Of a stretch of 64,000 nt of DNA, positions 1 through 10,750 are shown piece by piece. A program made the position numbers and the translations under genes. Position 1 is the stretch's first letter, and each line of letters begins with the position of its first letter. Under the pieces are notes generated by a model, which worked only from the letters and a program-made list of their open reading frames with translations, made no database searches and had not been told where the DNA came from. This DNA is from an uncultured Erysipelotrichaceae bacterium. GTDB taxonomy: Bacteria > Bacillota_I > Bacilli_A > RF39 > UBA660. Location of the stretch: NCBI GenBank assembly GCA_963535465.1, contig CAUSWF010000002.1:64606-128605 (forward strand), written 5' to 3'.

Positions 1-1943
1 GGAGAACCTACCTGTCTTACTCTTGGTATTTTATTAGGATCTGGATAAGTAGCACGAGGTCTATTTATAAAGTATTTATAAAATCCTCTATCTCTTGCCC
101 ATGTAAGCATAGATACACGAGTTGCTTCTATATTAGCTTGACAATTATAATACATTAACATTTGCATAGCTGTTTTGTAAGCAACTCTAACATCGTCAGG
201 TCTTGCTAAATAGTAGGCTACATACATTGGTTCTTGATTTCCAAAAGCTCTTTTCTTTATAGTAATACAGAATTTAGAAGGAGATTTAGTAGCTTCAGAT
301 GTTTGATCTTGTCCTATATCAATAGAGTCAATTCCAGCTACATATAAATTTTTCATTTCTTTATAAGAAATTTTATTTCCTTCTTCATCTTCTGATTGTA
401 ATAACCATAATGGTTGCTATATTATATGAACTTCGCCTGTATTAGTTGGAATAAACTAAACATCTGTAATATTATCACACATATCCTATTTTCTTCCATT
501 ATTTGTTTTAAATATAAATTTAAATTCTCCATGTTGTACTTTAGGACCTTGCTTATGTAAACGTATCTAAGCTAACTAATCTGCAAGTAAAACCTTATTA
601 AATTTATTATCTCCTTCAAGGGCAAAGGCTTCTTCAGCAGTAAAACAATACTCAGCACAGTATGTTACTAAAGCTTTAGGATCTTTATATCTGTCTCTAT
701 GTTTTTGATAATGTTCTTTAGCTTTTACTTGGTCAACAACTCCTCTAGAATCTACCATATCAGGTAAATCTAAAGCAGAATAAGATGGAATAAAAAATCC
801 AGTAAATACTTGACTTCCATCATCAGTGTAATTATGTCTATAAGGCAATACAAGATAGGATTCTGGATCATAATATATTGTTTTTAATCCATCCAAGGCC
901 GCACCCGAGTCCCCTCCAGTACCACCTGCTATAAGGATACCCATTTTATTACCTCCAACATCTACTAAAGCTTCTCCTTGAATAAAAGATTTTAGTAAAG
1001 TCGGATTAGATCCAGCTTCTTCAAACATAACAAGTTCCGCACGATCACCTCTTACTTTTGAAGGTTTATCAGCAACAATGCCTTCAATTTGAGACTTCCA
1101 TCCATCTTCTACTTTTTGTCCATTTATTATTTTATAAAAAGAGGCTCTTTTAATATCTGCCTTATCAACAACTTGTCTTAATTTAAAAAATCCTCCATCT
1201 GTTTTATCATTTAGGAAAGTTAAAGCTCCCCATACTTTCTCTAGAGTTTTTTCTAATTTACCAGAATCAAAAGCAGTAATCATAGTAATACTATCTCTAT
1301 AACAAGAGTACTCATTAGCACATACAGATGCTAATATTTCCGAAAAACCTACAGCACGGCTTTTCATCATACATATATTTCTTCTTAATAATTTACATAA
1401 TTCTAAATAATGAAAGAACTCATACTAACATACCATAAACCGTGGAAATATATTTTTACGTGCTGTACCAGCTTTTTCTACTCTAGAATTTTTAAGTTGA
1501 TAGTAATTTAAAAAGAAATAATTACATCCTGTAATAGTATAACCATTAACAGTCATTCCATTACGGCATCTTTTATATTCTTGATTCCAGAAATCTCTGT
1601 ATAATTTAGATCCAAATTGATATTGACAATAATGTCCTGTCTTTTCAAAATTATCTCTTGCTTCTGTAAACCATGAAGGATTAAAATCGAGACCGTGTAT
1701 TGCATCTATTGGTTTATATCCACATATTTCGTAGGATTGTGTTCTATCAAAAAAAGATATAGTCTAACTAATTGGGTAATCCCATTCAAAATTAGTTCTG
1801 ACTATATCTTTCTCTATATCCTAAATAAATTCCTTTTCTTCCTTAGCTTCGGCCTGTTTTGTAGCATCTATAATAGACTAAACCTCATCAGGAAGTTTAA
1901 TTTTTCTAGGACGACCTCTTTTACGTTTTTTAATTTCTTCCAT
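1..1943 (-). CDS. terL: Terminase large subunit, C-terminal end runs off the window start; TAG read as sense
   Basis: ATG at 1943-1941. The frame stays open to base 1 only if nine in-frame TAGs are read through (plus-strand cta at 1878, 1821, 1764, 1425, 576, 567, 486, 456, 417). ORF-track fragment 576..1370 plus the flanks give FLNYYQL, MFEEAGSNP, ILIAGGTGGDSG, AGIDSID and NIEAT, which are TerL ATPase/nuclease-type motifs. Confidence 0.85.
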
Positions 1944-2530
1944 TACATATCTGTTGGTAAGAATCCATCAGTAGCACCTGCTCTAATTGCTGAGGCTTCT
2001 TGTTGCTCTTTTTGAACTTGCTGTTCTAATATTTTTAATTCATCATTTACTTTAGATATCTAAGACATTTCTTTCATAATATCAGAAACTTTATAAATAG
2101 GTTTACCTGTCTAATCATCAACTTCCATAGGATTAACAGTTTCAAAGTAAATAATAAATTTATCAACAGCCATCTAAGCAGCTTTAAGCATACGTATAGT
2201 ACGATTAGATTCTTGTATTTCTTTATATTTTCTACAAGCAGCTCTAAAAGTAGGATCATTCCATTCTTCTTCTGAAAGTCCTGCATCTTTTAAAGCTTCT
2301 TGGTGTCTATCTTGTTCTGTGTAATCTTTATAAAAAGATTCCCAGTCTATAGCTAAGTATATATATGTAAATTCTCGGTAAGCTCTTAAATGTTTCTTAC
2401 CTGTTTTATCTTCAGTGCAAACATTTCTCTTATCATCCATTAAAGCAGCAAATTCTCTAATTAAAAGAATTTGCCCTTTTTCCAATTCTACCTAACCACT
2501 TGCATTATTGTACTGAAAAATATGTAACAT
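1943..2530 (-). CDS. Hypothetical late protein (195 aa), recoded
   Basis: ATG 2530-2528, TAA 1945-1943 overlapping the terL ATG. Four in-frame TAGs (2492, 2174, 2111, 2060). It contains ORF-track piece 2174..2485. Confidence 0.6.
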
Positions 2531-2535
2531 TATAA

Positions 2536-3855
2536 TTATTTATTTAAATGAAGAATGCTTCTAAGTTTAACAAAATCAATATTACCTCCATTAAGACATT
2601 TCTTCATCTTTCCACCTTTTTTATCTTCTCTTACTTCAAACTGTGCTTTAGTTTTAGAAGATTGACTATTAAATTTTTTAATTAATCCTTGAAGTTCTTG
2701 TTCTTCCGCTGGAGTAAGTTTACCTTTAGCTCTTTTAGAAGTAAGTTGATACTGACGTGCATTATCTTGTTTAGTATAAGTAGGAACAACTTTTACATTA
2801 GAATTACCTGTACGCATATTTGAAACTGTAGAAGAAATTGCTTTTTTCTTAGTTTTATCTGCTGGCATTTCCATACCTTCTTCAGCAGTTCTCATTCCAC
2901 GACAAGCAGAGCATATACGACCTCCTGCTTTAAAATAATATTTATAAGTACCTTCAGGACATTCCCCTTTAATTTGTTTAATATAGTTTAATTTAGCACC
3001 AAGCTTTGCCATCTAGGTCTGTTTATTAGCTTCTTCTTGAAGATATTGTTGAAACTATTTCCAAGATTCTTCATTTGGTTGTAAATTATTAGCTTTACAA
3101 AATTCTGCAAAAGCTCTTTTAATTTCTTCGTTTTGGTCTAATTGACCTCCATTCTAATATTTCATACTATCGTTATTATAATCAAGTCTAATTCTACGTC
3201 TATCTCTAGCTCCAATATGCCCTTTAATACCTGTAGCTGCAAGATATTTTTCCCAATCTTCATCTTTACTAACATCTAATCCTCTATTTTTTAATTTAAT
3301 AGCTAAATCATTAATAAATAAATCTTTCCCCGGATTTATTAATGCGTTTCTAAATTGATCTATATTTTGTATACCATTATATCCTCTATCCATTAAAGAT
3401 CCAGATTGATTACGTAATCCTTGTCTTACAATAGCTCTATTTACTTGATTAAGTCTTGGCTATACATTTTTTCCAATTTCTGGTGTATAATTGTACACAT
3501 TAGGAGTAGTATTAAAAGAATGGTTTTCAAATTGTTCAGGAGTAGTTTTATCACCGTATCTAAATGTTTTAGCCATATTTAAAGCATTAGCTGTTTCATT
3601 TCCCCATAAACCATCTTCTTTAATATAACCTACTTCATTTCCATACATAGCATTGTACCATTTCTAAAAAGCAAGGGCATTATCAAAACCATGAGATTCT
3701 ACTCCATTATTATCCCATGTAATATTATTTAAATCTGGATTAGCATTAGCAAAAGCTTGAGCATATCCTAAACCATTATAACGACCTCTTTTAACTATTG
3801 CATTATCTTGTTTATATCTATACTAATCCCACTTTTGTACTGGTTTTTTTATCAT
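2536..3855 (-). CDS. Hypothetical virion/cell-wall-associated protein (439 aa), recoded
   Basis: ATG 3855-3853 to TAA 2538-2536. It joins track ORFs 3460..3648, 3154..3393 and 2536..3012 in one frame through six TAGs (3823, 3664, 3460, 3154, 3055, 3013). DGLWGNETANAL resembles a peptidoglycan-binding repeat. Confidence 0.6.
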
Positions 3856-4076
3856 AGTTTAATTAAATCCTTAGTATTAAAAATTGCTTCCTATAATTTA
3901 TTATCTGTTGAGAACCATCTACATTTAATTCCTCGAAGAATTGGTTCTTTATCAGCATTTAGATGCTTGAATATTGTTGTTTCTTTCTTTATTACCAGCA
4001 TAGTAGGTTTATTAGGAATATCCTATTTAAGCGTTACTATATCTCCAGGCATAAAGTATATTTTATCATTTATCAT
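3852..4076 (-). CDS. Small DUF2158/YodC-like protein (74 aa), recoded
   Basis: ATG 4076-4074, TGA 3854-3852 (ATGA overlap with the next gene). Two in-frame TAGs. GDIVTLK(TAG)D...TMLV...IKCRWF resembles the GDxVxLKSGGPxMTV...CxWF pattern recalled from memory. Confidence 0.45.
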
Positions 4077-4662
4077 TATTATTAAATCTTTCTGTTAGTC
4101 CAGAGTTAAAAATAGCTATAAGACTATGTTCATTAACAAGAACAAAACCTTTACGATAAAATGGTATTATAGTTTCAGATGGTTTACGCCACATTACTAT
4201 ATCACCTACTTTAGTATAAGTGCATTTAGTTCCTACTTCCATAACTTTTCCTACTTTAATAAATGGATCTTCTTCATGCATAGCACCATCTTCTCTACTT
4301 TTATAAATAGGTGCTTTACCTCCAAGATCAACAATTAAACCATCAACTTTTTTAATTCGTTGAAAAGGATTAACTACAAAAGGAGAAATAATTATGCCTT
4401 CGTAAAGAGGTTTCATTTCTAAAGTATCTAGGTTAATGTCTTTACTATAATCTGTTAATTGTTTGTTATAATTATCTAAATTAGATAAATATTCATTTAC
4501 ATCTTCTTTATGCTTATTTTCTTTTTCTATAACAAGATCATCTATTGTTTGATCTTTATTTACTATGAAACTTTTAGAATCTTCTGAACTTACTTTGATT
4601 GCTACTTTTTCTTTATTAGACGGAGTAGTATTAACGTCTCTTCCATTAATTGTTCTTATCAT
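4066..4662 (-). CDS. Hypothetical protein, C-terminal half possibly GroES/Cpn10-like fold
   Basis: Intact ORF-track ORF. KPLYEGIII...GKVMEVG...KVGDIVMW loosely resembles the Cpn10 pattern. Weak. Confidence 0.4.
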   Translation of the reverse strand: MIRTINGRDVNTTPSNKEKVAIKVSSEDSKSFIVNKDQTIDDLVIEKENKHKEDVNEYLSNLDNYNKQLTDYSKDINLDTLEMKPLYEGIIISPFVVNPFQRIKKVDGLIVDLGGKAPIYKSREDGAMHEEDPFIKVGKVMEVGTKCTYTKVGDIVMWRKPSETIIPFYRKGFVLVNEHSLIAIFNSGLTERFNNNDK

Positions 4663-4663
4663 A

Positions 4664-4903
4664 TTACCATTTATTACTAGGACATTTTTCTTCTTTTACA
4701 GAAGTTTTTAAATTGATAAAACATCCACATAGACCACATATTTTTTGATTATCTATTACCTCTAAATATTTACATCTATTACAATACTTTAATCTATTAA
4801 AAGAAAGCTCTTTATTTTTTCCAATAGTATAATTGAATAAACCTTTTATTATATGTTTAATTTTCGTTGGAAAATTCTCCATAATATTTTTTAGCTGCTT
4901 CAT
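4664..4903 (-). CDS. Small Cys-rich (zinc-ribbon-like) protein
   Basis: ORF-track ORF with CNRC...CGLCGC...CPSNKW. Paralogous to 5474..5740. Confidence 0.5.
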   Translation of the reverse strand: MKQLKNIMENFPTKIKHIIKGLFNYTIGKNKELSFNRLKYCNRCKYLEVIDNQKICGLCGCFINLKTSVKEEKCPSNKW

Positions 4904-5480
4904 TCCTAGCTTTAACAGCTTCTTCTAATGTATCATAACGTCCAATATATTTAGTTTTATTATTTAATGTAATTTGGGCAGTCCACTTATTTTTATCTTT
5001 TGAAAAATATACACCTTTATGTCCAGATGTATTATTTTTTGGGACAGTACAATTACATAAATTTTGTTGGTTTGTACAAATTCTTAGATTGCATTTTCTA
5101 TTATCTAACCCATTATGATTGATATGATCTATCAATATTTTTGGATCAGTAATATTTAAAATATACCTATGCAATCTTCTAAATTGTTTATTATTAGAAG
5201 TACAATAATATGTATTTCTTTGCAGATCTGATTTATGCCATCTTATAGCTTTTACTTTTTCTATATCTTCTATATCTATTAAAGCTTTTCCACATATTTC
5301 ATTATCCCTATTTATTAAAAATATTTCAGCATGATCGTCAACTATTTCTATATGGTTTGTTTTATCTTTATACGAATATTTAAAAATTTTTCCGTATCTT
5401 CTTATTTGTGTATAATGTTTAGAACATAATCCATTAGCACAAACTTTTTTACCACATCCTTCAATTTTACATATTACCAT
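4857..5480 (-). CDS. HNH homing endonuclease with C-terminal AP2 DNA-binding domain
   Basis: DHINHNGLDNRKCNLRICTNQQN (HNH) followed by SGHKGVYFSKDKNKWTAQI...GRYDTLEEAVKARNEAAKKYYGEF (AP2). Confidence 0.8.
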   Translation of the reverse strand: MVICKIEGCGKKVCANGLCSKHYTQIRRYGKIFKYSYKDKTNHIEIVDDHAEIFLINRDNEICGKALIDIEDIEKVKAIRWHKSDLQRNTYYCTSNNKQFRRLHRYILNITDPKILIDHINHNGLDNRKCNLRICTNQQNLCNCTVPKNNTSGHKGVYFSKDKNKWTAQITLNNKTKYIGRYDTLEEAVKARNEAAKKYYGEFSNEN

Positions 5481-5740
5481 TGTTCACAAGGGCAAACACT
5501 ATCCCTATTTTTTGTTTTATATTTTAAAACACAGCCGCATCCTTTAAAATAACCATCTTTCTTTTCTAAACTAACATCTTTTGTTTTAGGATTCATATAT
5601 AATTTAGGATTACATATTCCTCCGAACTCATCCTTATATAAAGGACATTTTTTACATATATCTATTCTTATTTTAGATATATCCTTATTAAGACCAAGTA
5701 ATTCATTTACATGACCTTTTATTATATTGCCAACTTCCAT
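5474..5740 (-). CDS. Small Cys-rich (zinc-ribbon-like) protein
   Basis: CKKCPLY...GGIC...GCGCVLKYKTKNRDSVCPCEQW. Paralog of 4664..4903. Confidence 0.5.
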   Translation of the reverse strand: MEVGNIIKGHVNELLGLNKDISKIRIDICKKCPLYKDEFGGICNPKLYMNPKTKDVSLEKKDGYFKGCGCVLKYKTKNRDSVCPCEQW

Positions 5741-5776
5741 AATGTTTGTTTATTATCCTATTTTCTGATGATAATC

Positions 5777-7693
5777 TTAATATTCTATCGGTTTAAGTTT
5801 GGCTAATTTTTCTTGTTTAAAAACAGACTTTTTATAAAATTTTAGCATTGATTCTACTTCTTTCTTTAAATAAGGTAAATGATAAACTGTTTGATTATCA
5901 TTATGATCAAAGTGTACTAATATTAAATCTTTAATAGTATATTCTGGATTAATTTTTTGTAACATCCATGCATAAGTAGATAACTGTAAAGCATAATGCC
6001 AGTAATTGCAATCTTCCAAAGTGTTCAATGGATACTTCATTTTAACAGAACTACGAGTTTTAGTATCAAAGCCACTATGTTGTTTGATTTCTTTATTAGT
6101 ATTATGTGTAATTATACATTTATTAGTAACTAAAAAAGTATGTAAAGGGCTGTCTACTTCTAAACATTGTGTTGGAATAGTTTCTGTAATTTCTACTTTA
6201 TTAATATTTCTAAATGAATTTTTATCTATTTTTGGAAATTCAATTTCTTGATTTCTTATTAAAAAAGGATTTAATCCATTAGTTGAGAAACATACATCCC
6301 AAGCAATAAATTCTTTACCATTACATTTTTTTATTACTTCAAAAACAGTAGATTTTATACCTAATGTTCCTAATAATTTTACAGTACAATCTCTTTGCCA
6401 TTCTTGGCCCGTAGACATTACAAAACGTTTTCTTTTAGGATGATAATAACCATCAGTATCCATTAATCCTCTTAATAAGTCTAATCTTTGATTAAATGAA
6501 GCTGTATAATACTCTTCTGGAATATGTTTATTTTTTAAAAGATTCATTTTATTTAATAAAGTTCTTAATCCATAAACAGTCCTCATTTCAGTATTTTCTC
6601 TATCAGGATTATGTTGGGCATTTTCCCCTATATCAAAGCCACGATGTTTTAGTTCATCCCATAATTTAGATTGACTTGCTTGCGTAATAATACCACAATC
6701 TTTTGAACCATCACCTAACCAAACTCCTAATAAATAAGGATCTATTAGTAAATCTTTAGTTGGAGTATTAATAGGTTTTGGATTTAGTATTTTAGGAATT
6801 GTATAAGAATTTCTAGTATAAGTTTGCATATAATTATAAAGTTCCTTTGTAGTTATTACTCCTTTAGTATAAGGTGTTTTTTTACTTTGATTTTTAAATG
6901 ATACTTCCCAACGGTGATCTTCATCAGCTACTATAGTGTCTCCGTTATCAAAAGTTATTTTGAAGCATGGATTATTATGTATAGATGATTTATGCAAAAT
7001 TCGTGTAGGATTACCGTCTCCATCAAAAATAACATCCCCTTCTTTTACAGCTCCTATAGTAGTCCATCCAGAATTTGTTAATATTTCTGTGTCTAAAGGT
7101 AATCCTTTCCAATCCATGACTGTTATTTCATTACCTTGTTTAACTAATAAATCAATCTGTCCTGCAATTCTTAGCATGTTATCAGGAGAAGTACGAGAAA
7201 TTAAGTATTCAGGATATACTCCATTTTCTAAATCTAACGCAGTTCTTCCTTTATCGCATATAAATTTACCTCCTACACCAAATTTCTTTAGTGATACATT
7301 AGCACCCATCTTATACATACTTTGCTCTAGATCTGAATGTATTTTAGTACCTCTTTCACAAGATTCTCTATTAGTTTTATCCCATTCATCTAAAATACCT
7401 TGTTGTGCTTTATTAAAATCAAGTTCAGTAATATCATACGTACTTAAAAGTTCTTTAGGTATTTTGTGTGTATTCAACAAAGATTTTCTTTCTATTTTCC
7501 AAGCATCTGAGGGAATTAACTTTTCTAATGCCTTATATCCAGACCAAAAATCTTTATCAAAGGGTTGAGCAAACTTTTCTATTAAAGTTGTTACTGAAAT
7601 AAATCTATCATTTGTATCTGTATTCCAGTATACATGGTCATTTTCACTGAATGCAATGCTTCCATTCTGTTTGTCTATTTTCATATTATTCAT
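5777..7693 (-). CDS. PD-(D/E)XK (RecB/Cas4-like) nuclease interrupted by an intein
   Basis: Extein motifs are ERGTKIHSDLE, GQIDLL...VMDWK|..|TNK (D-x-K-T restored on splicing) and YALQLSTYAWML (QxxxY). Residues 197-531 are intein-like. Confidence 0.8.
   Translation of the reverse strand: MNNMKIDKQNGSIAFSENDHVYWNTDTNDRFISVTTLIEKFAQPFDKDFWSGYKALEKLIPSDAWKIERKSLLNTHKIPKELLSTYDITELDFNKAQQGILDEWDKTNRESCERGTKIHSDLEQSMYKMGANVSLKKFGVGGKFICDKGRTALDLENGVYPEYLISRTSPDNMLRIAGQIDLLVKQGNEITVMDWKGLPLDTEILTNSGWTTIGAVKEGDVIFDGDGNPTRILHKSSIHNNPCFKITFDNGDTIVADEDHRWEVSFKNQSKKTPYTKGVITTKELYNYMQTYTRNSYTIPKILNPKPINTPTKDLLIDPYLLGVWLGDGSKDCGIITQASQSKLWDELKHRGFDIGENAQHNPDRENTEMRTVYGLRTLLNKMNLLKNKHIPEEYYTASFNQRLDLLRGLMDTDGYYHPKRKRFVMSTGQEWQRDCTVKLLGTLGIKSTVFEVIKKCNGKEFIAWDVCFSTNGLNPFLIRNQEIEFPKIDKNSFRNINKVEITETIPTQCLEVDSPLHTFLVTNKCIITHNTNKEIKQHSGFDTKTRSSVKMKYPLNTLEDCNYWHYALQLSTYAWMLQKINPEYTIKDLILVHFDHNDNQTVYHLPYLKKEVESMLKFYKKSVFKQEKLAKLKPIEY
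6101..7105 (-). mobile_element. Intein (335 aa) with LAGLIDADG homing-endonuclease domain; class-3-like WCT signature
   Basis: Block A is GLPLDTEILT (Gly, not Cys/Ser, at position 1). Block B is TIVADEDHRW (W two residues after His). LAGLIDADG motifs are LLGVWLGDGS and LLRGLMDTDGYY. Block F is TQCLEVDSPLHTFLV (Cys where Asp is usual). Block G is IITHN followed by Thr+1. Confidence 0.75.
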
Positions 7694-8378
7694 TTACATA
7701 TTTTTTTATATTATTATAATCTAGTATTGCTGCTAACTTAGAAATTTCTGGACCTATAACTACTGGATAATAAGGCATCTTATACTCTTTCTTCTTTTTA
7801 TAAAGTATTATTATTAATCCAATAGGACTATTACTTCCTGCTATAGGATAAAAAGCAGCAGCTCTAGCATTACTTGCTAAAAGTTTATTGTAAAATTTTG
7901 GCATAGAATATTTAATAGAATCTATATTATTTACTCTTAATAGAGAGTAATTATTTATTTTCTATAACTCATCTATATAATAAACATATTCAAGTTCATG
8001 CCATTCTCTTTTTGTTTCTTGCGAATCTATGCCTCTAGTCTTCTCAGTAAGGCAATTTAAATACTAGTAACTAAAACCTTGTAAACTTCTAGTTGAATTA
8101 TGATAACTTAAAAGTATTACATTTGTAGCATCAGGATCTTTATCAAGTATTGCCTAAACACTTCTATCTATTTCTGGAGCCATTTTAAGAGTATACTTTT
8201 CAGCTTCCTACTTATCATTCTCCATAGATTCAGCCCATTGTTTAATGCTGTTTTTGTTTTCAGAAATTATATAATTTCCGAGGCACCATCCTAATAATCC
8301 AATTATAATTACAGTTTTTGTTTGTGTGCCCAAACTATCTAAAAATTCCCAAATCTTTTTTATTAATTTTAATTTCAT
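7686..8378 (-). CDS. Membrane-anchored hypothetical protein (230 aa), recoded
   Basis: ATG 8378-8376. N-terminal TM segment TVIIIGLLGWCLGNYII. Five in-frame TAGs join it to track ORF 7686..7904. Confidence 0.55.
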
Positions 8379-8560
8379 TAAATTTTTAATTAATACTTTT
8401 TATTAAGCTTTTACTTCCTTTCAAATCTTTACGCAAATCTTAATTCTAAATATAATAAATAAACTTACTAAATTTTGAACTAAACAAATTTAATAATATT
8501 TTTACAGTAATCAAATTTAGAGATATAAATTATAACAATTTTTATAAATACGTTTATAAT
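8379..8560. promoter_or_regulatory. Divergent intergenic region between the two recoded late blocks (putative late promoters)
   Basis: 182 nt of AT-rich non-coding sequence between ATG 8378 (minus) and ATG 8561 (plus). No specific promoter motif identified. Confidence 0.35.
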
Positions 8561-9331
8561 ATGGCAGTAAATAATAGTATTTACAATAACAAAAATCCTA
8601 ATATTAAATATAATATTTAGAATTTATTTACTACGGCTAAAATTGCTTCTTTATTAAAGAAAGGAGGTAATGTACATAGAACAGATATATTTCCAGGGGT
8701 TATAGATACTAATGCTAATTTTGATAATATGAGTCCTAGGAAAAAAAGAAAAAAGATTAAAAAACATCAAGATGGAGGAGAAATAGAAGTGGTTGAATAT
8801 AATCCTGTAGTATTATCTTTAAAAAAATTAGATTATCCAGAACTAAATAATATTAATACTAAAACTTTAGATATATCTGGATTATCTTTTGATAAATTTA
8901 CTCCACCTTCTATAAATAATATGCGCGTATAGGAAAATTATCCTATAAATCCAAATATTAGTTTAGAAGATTTATTAAAACAAGAAGGAGTAAATGCAAA
9001 AGTTTCTTCTGGTTATAGAAAGGGAGCAATATCAAAAAATGGACATAAAAGTAATCATAGTCATTTAAATTCTGATGGAACTCCAGGAGCTTATGATATA
9101 GTTCCTAATGATGGTAACTTTGAAAATCTTAGAAAGGAGATATATGGTAATCCACGTATAGTTGCATGGCTTAAAGCTAAAGGTTGGGGTATTTTAGAAG
9201 AAACTACTCCTAATATTATGAGAAAAACTGGAGCTACAGGTAAACATTGGCATTTTGGTCCTGATACTGCAGCCTTAGATATGTCTAGATAGAATGGAAT
9301 TAATTATACTAAATTAGGAGGTTTATTATGA
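8561..9331 (+). CDS. Peptidase M15 (VanY / L-Ala-D-Glu peptidase)-like cell-wall hydrolase, recoded
   Basis: ATG 8561, TGA 9329-9331. Three in-frame TAGs (8618, 8930, 9293). SSGYRKG...SNHSH...GAYDIV...GKHWHF matches the SxHxxGxAxD...HxH zinc-peptidase pattern. Confidence 0.6.
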
Positions 9332-10470
9332 TAGAAACTACAAAATATGATAATATAGATCAGTAGTTTGAATATCCAGATTTACCAAGTATTAATAATT
9401 CTAATAATACTATAATAGCAGATGAGGCTACTGAAAATTATCTTAGGGCTGTTCAAAATGAATATGCTTTAAAGGCTTAGAGAGATAAAGAATTATGGGA
9501 ACAACAATAGAACGTTAAAAATAATTAGCCTAATTAGTAGTATTCATTTACAGATAATAATATACCTCAAATAAGTAGTTCTAATAAACAAGGATCTTAG
9601 AAAGTAAAAGAAATACTTGATAATATGATACATGATCCTACTAAAAAAACTATATTGTTAAAAATTGCAGAAAAAGAATCTAATTTTAAAATAGATGCTA
9701 AAAATGCTAAAAGTTCTGCTAGCGGTTTATTTGGATTTTTAAATTCAACTAAACAAAAATATGGTTATGGTAATACTGCTGAATAGTAGATTTAGGGAGC
9801 ATCTAAATTATATGATGCTCATGCTACTTAGTTATAGTAGTATATAAATAAATATGGAACTAGAGGTAAATCAATAACTTAGTTAATGTATGGTATGTGG
9901 TTTAGACCTACTTCTTTACTTCATTATTTACAAACAGGTCAAGATGATTATAAAGATGCACAAGGAACTAGTTTAGAAAAAATATTTGCAAAAATGGCTA
10001 AAAATGGAGGAATATTAAAAGCATAGGATGGAATAATAATTCCAAAAGCTCCTAATACATTTAGATAGTATGGAATAGATCCTAATAAGTTTGTTAATAT
10101 GTGGAACGGACTTGTTAATAAAGGAATATCTCCACAAGTAGCATTTGATGCTACATGGCAAGCTAATAAAGAAGTTCCTAAAGGATATTATTCATATGGA
10201 AAAAAGAAACCTAATCTCAATAGTTGGGTAGAAGCTGCTTCAGATAGTTTAACCACAGGAGCATATAAAAAAGCAAAGAATGCTTAGAATTTTGATTAGT
10301 ATAGATAGGCTACTTTTAAATATAATAAAAATCCAGAATATACTAATTGGTTAAAAACTAATAGATAGGATGCTGTTAATTTTATAAACAGATATAGACA
10401 ACAAAACGGAATAGTAGGTAAACCTATAGCTTAGCTTATCCCAGTAACTTAGATAATTAATAACGTATGA
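9328..10470 (+). CDS. Lytic transglycosylase (SLT)-domain protein, recoded
   Basis: GGAGG precedes ATG 9328; TGA at 10468-10470. I counted 22 in-frame TAGs, including TAG-TAG doublets. IAEKESNF...SSASGLFGFLNST resembles the SLT catalytic ES...GLMQ region. Confidence 0.6.
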
Positions 10471-10745
10471 TAAAGAATTTTATAAAAAGTATGTTACTAG
10501 CTACTCAAGGATCTATAAGTTCTAAAAGAGTTTGTGGAGTTCTTGGTTGGTTAGTATGTTTAGGTATTTGTATTTACTGTACAGTTGGTTAGATACAAGC
10601 TCCTATACTAGCAGACAGTGTTCTTATAGGTAGCGCAGCATTAATGGGCGTAGATAGTGTTACAGGTATATGGAAAAATAAAAGAGATATAAATATTATA
10701 AAAGAAAATGAAACTAATGTAGAACAAAATAATAGTTTAGTATAA
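10467..10745 (+). CDS. Holin-like small membrane protein (92 aa), recoded
   Basis: ATGA overlap with the upstream gene. Two hydrophobic segments (VCGVLGWLVCLGICIYC, ILADSVLIGSAALMGV). One in-frame TAG, TAA stop. Confidence 0.5.
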
Positions 10746-10750
10746 TAAAT

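Noticed and set aside
1695-4338. Plus-strand track ORFs 1695..2015, 3808..4098 and 4126..4338, and the minus-strand ORF 2074..2286.
   Set aside because: They lie antisense to, or out of frame within, the TAG-read-through late genes and encode low-complexity Phe/Ile/Leu-rich products.
6006-7568. Plus-strand ORFs 6006..6251 and 6936..7568, antisense to the intein-containing nuclease gene.
   Set aside because: They are shadows of a long, motif-rich minus-strand gene.
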